In this document: positions 62,900 through 64,000 of the stretch, one piece after another
How positions within the stretch are numbered: the first letter of the stretch is position 1
How the letters are laid out: each line of letters begins with the position of its first letter
Source of the DNA: Camelus dromedarius
Taxonomy: Eukaryota
DNA length: 64,000 nucleotides
Direction of reading: 5' to 3'
Assembly: GCF_036321535.1 (NCBI RefSeq)
Contig: NC_087437.1
Span: 6,014,001-6,078,000 of the forward strand
The notes under the pieces: generated by a model
Databases searched by the model: none
What the model saw: only the letters and a program-made list of their open reading frames with translations
What the model was told of the DNA's origin: nothing
Position numbers and translations under genes: made by a program

Positions 62900-64000
62900 A
62901 TTTTTACAGTTTTCATTCCTATAACCAGGAAGTGATATCACAGCTGAACAATTCCCTGCATCATGACTACCCTTCCTTTCTTGTAAAGCCTCTTCTTTTT
63001 CCTGGAGTTTATAAGTGCCTACTTTTTCATTTGCTTTGCTGTGTATATATTTAACATTAATTTAATCTTAATGCTTTCTTAGTCATATACATCTCCTCTT
63101 AATACTTTAAAAAAATTTAGGTATTTTGTCAATTTCCTTCCTTCCTTCCTTTGAAACCGTTCACGAGGCCTCTGGCCTTGGGGGTGTCCCTCACCTCTTG
63201 CAAGTGCTGCATCCTCATTTCCTGGAAGAACGAGCTGCTTCTTTCTTGCTTTATTCCCTCATTTTTGTGGAGCACATGCCTCCAAAAGCTTTATGCACAG
63301 GACAGGAATTTTTTGAAACCCTCTCTGCTTGAAAGATTTTATTTTGACATTAATTAACAGTCTGGTTAGGTACAGAACTCCAGGTTGGAAATACTTTTCC
63401 CTCAGAATGTTGGGGGCACTCTTCCAGAGTTTTCTGGCTTTCAGCTGAAAAGTCTCAAACCTTTCTTAGTCCTAATCCTTTACGTGACCTGCTTTCTCTT
63501 CTCTTTCCCCCACTGGTCTGTAAACTGACTATGAATAAACACCTTGGTTTGCATCTGTTTTCACATATAATGGGCCTTTCAATTGAGAAACTCATGTTCT
63601 TATGTTGAACTAGAAATTTCTCTTTGTTTCTTTGATAATTTTCTCCCTTCTGCTTTTTGTTGATTTTGTGTTTGTTATTTCTTTCTTTTACTTCTTTCCC
63701 TACTTCCTCCCTTACTTTTAAAATTTTTTTTTTAAAGAAATTGCATTAGCTAGATGATGGGTCTCCTGGCCTGATTTTCTTTCTTTTCTTCCTGTTTCAA
63801 GTGCTTCTCTCTGGGACATTTTCTCTATTTTATATTCTAACCATGTATTTTCATGATAGTTTAATTTTCAATCACACTGCTTCCTCTGAATTACATATTT
63901 CTCAGCTCTCTGAGAAGGCTTCTCCTCCCTGAGCAGTCTCTGTGTCCTCCAAGTGGATTTTTCCTGGTTGCCTGTCTAGATCTCTGCTTTTGTTGTGATG
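62900..64000 (-). mobile_element. Very old L1ME/HAL1-like fragment
   Basis: AGAACTCCAGGTTGGAAATACTTTTCCCTCAGAATGTTG resembles the reverse ORF1 region of old L1/HAL1; T-rich strand bias. Confidence 0.5.

Overview
Mammalian genomic DNA, most likely a camelid, judging by two tRNA-derived Vic-1-type SINEs and artiodactyl-type L1 3' ends. The whole window lies inside the TBC1D5 gene (Rab7 GAP and retromer partner), transcribed on the minus strand. Four coding exons splice in frame with GT-AG boundaries: 55253-55359, 24554-24639, 6699-6985 and a 66-nt cassette-type exon at 2650-2715. The 6699-6985 exon carries a pure (CAG)17 polyQ tract. The rest is intron, filled with L1, L2, MIR, LTR and hAT remnants, simple repeats and candidate regulatory motifs (RFX X-box, CTCF, CpG-rich patches). 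I see no evidence of a novel multi-gene system. The best leads are the coding polyQ next to a CDC25C-like phospho/14-3-3 motif, the X-box abutting the weak donor of the cassette exon, and a cryptic donor paired with an antisense L1 just upstream of the polyQ exon. The gene identity and repeat subfamily names come from recall of known sequences, not from a database search. Repeat boundaries are approximate unless target-site duplications (TSDs) are given.
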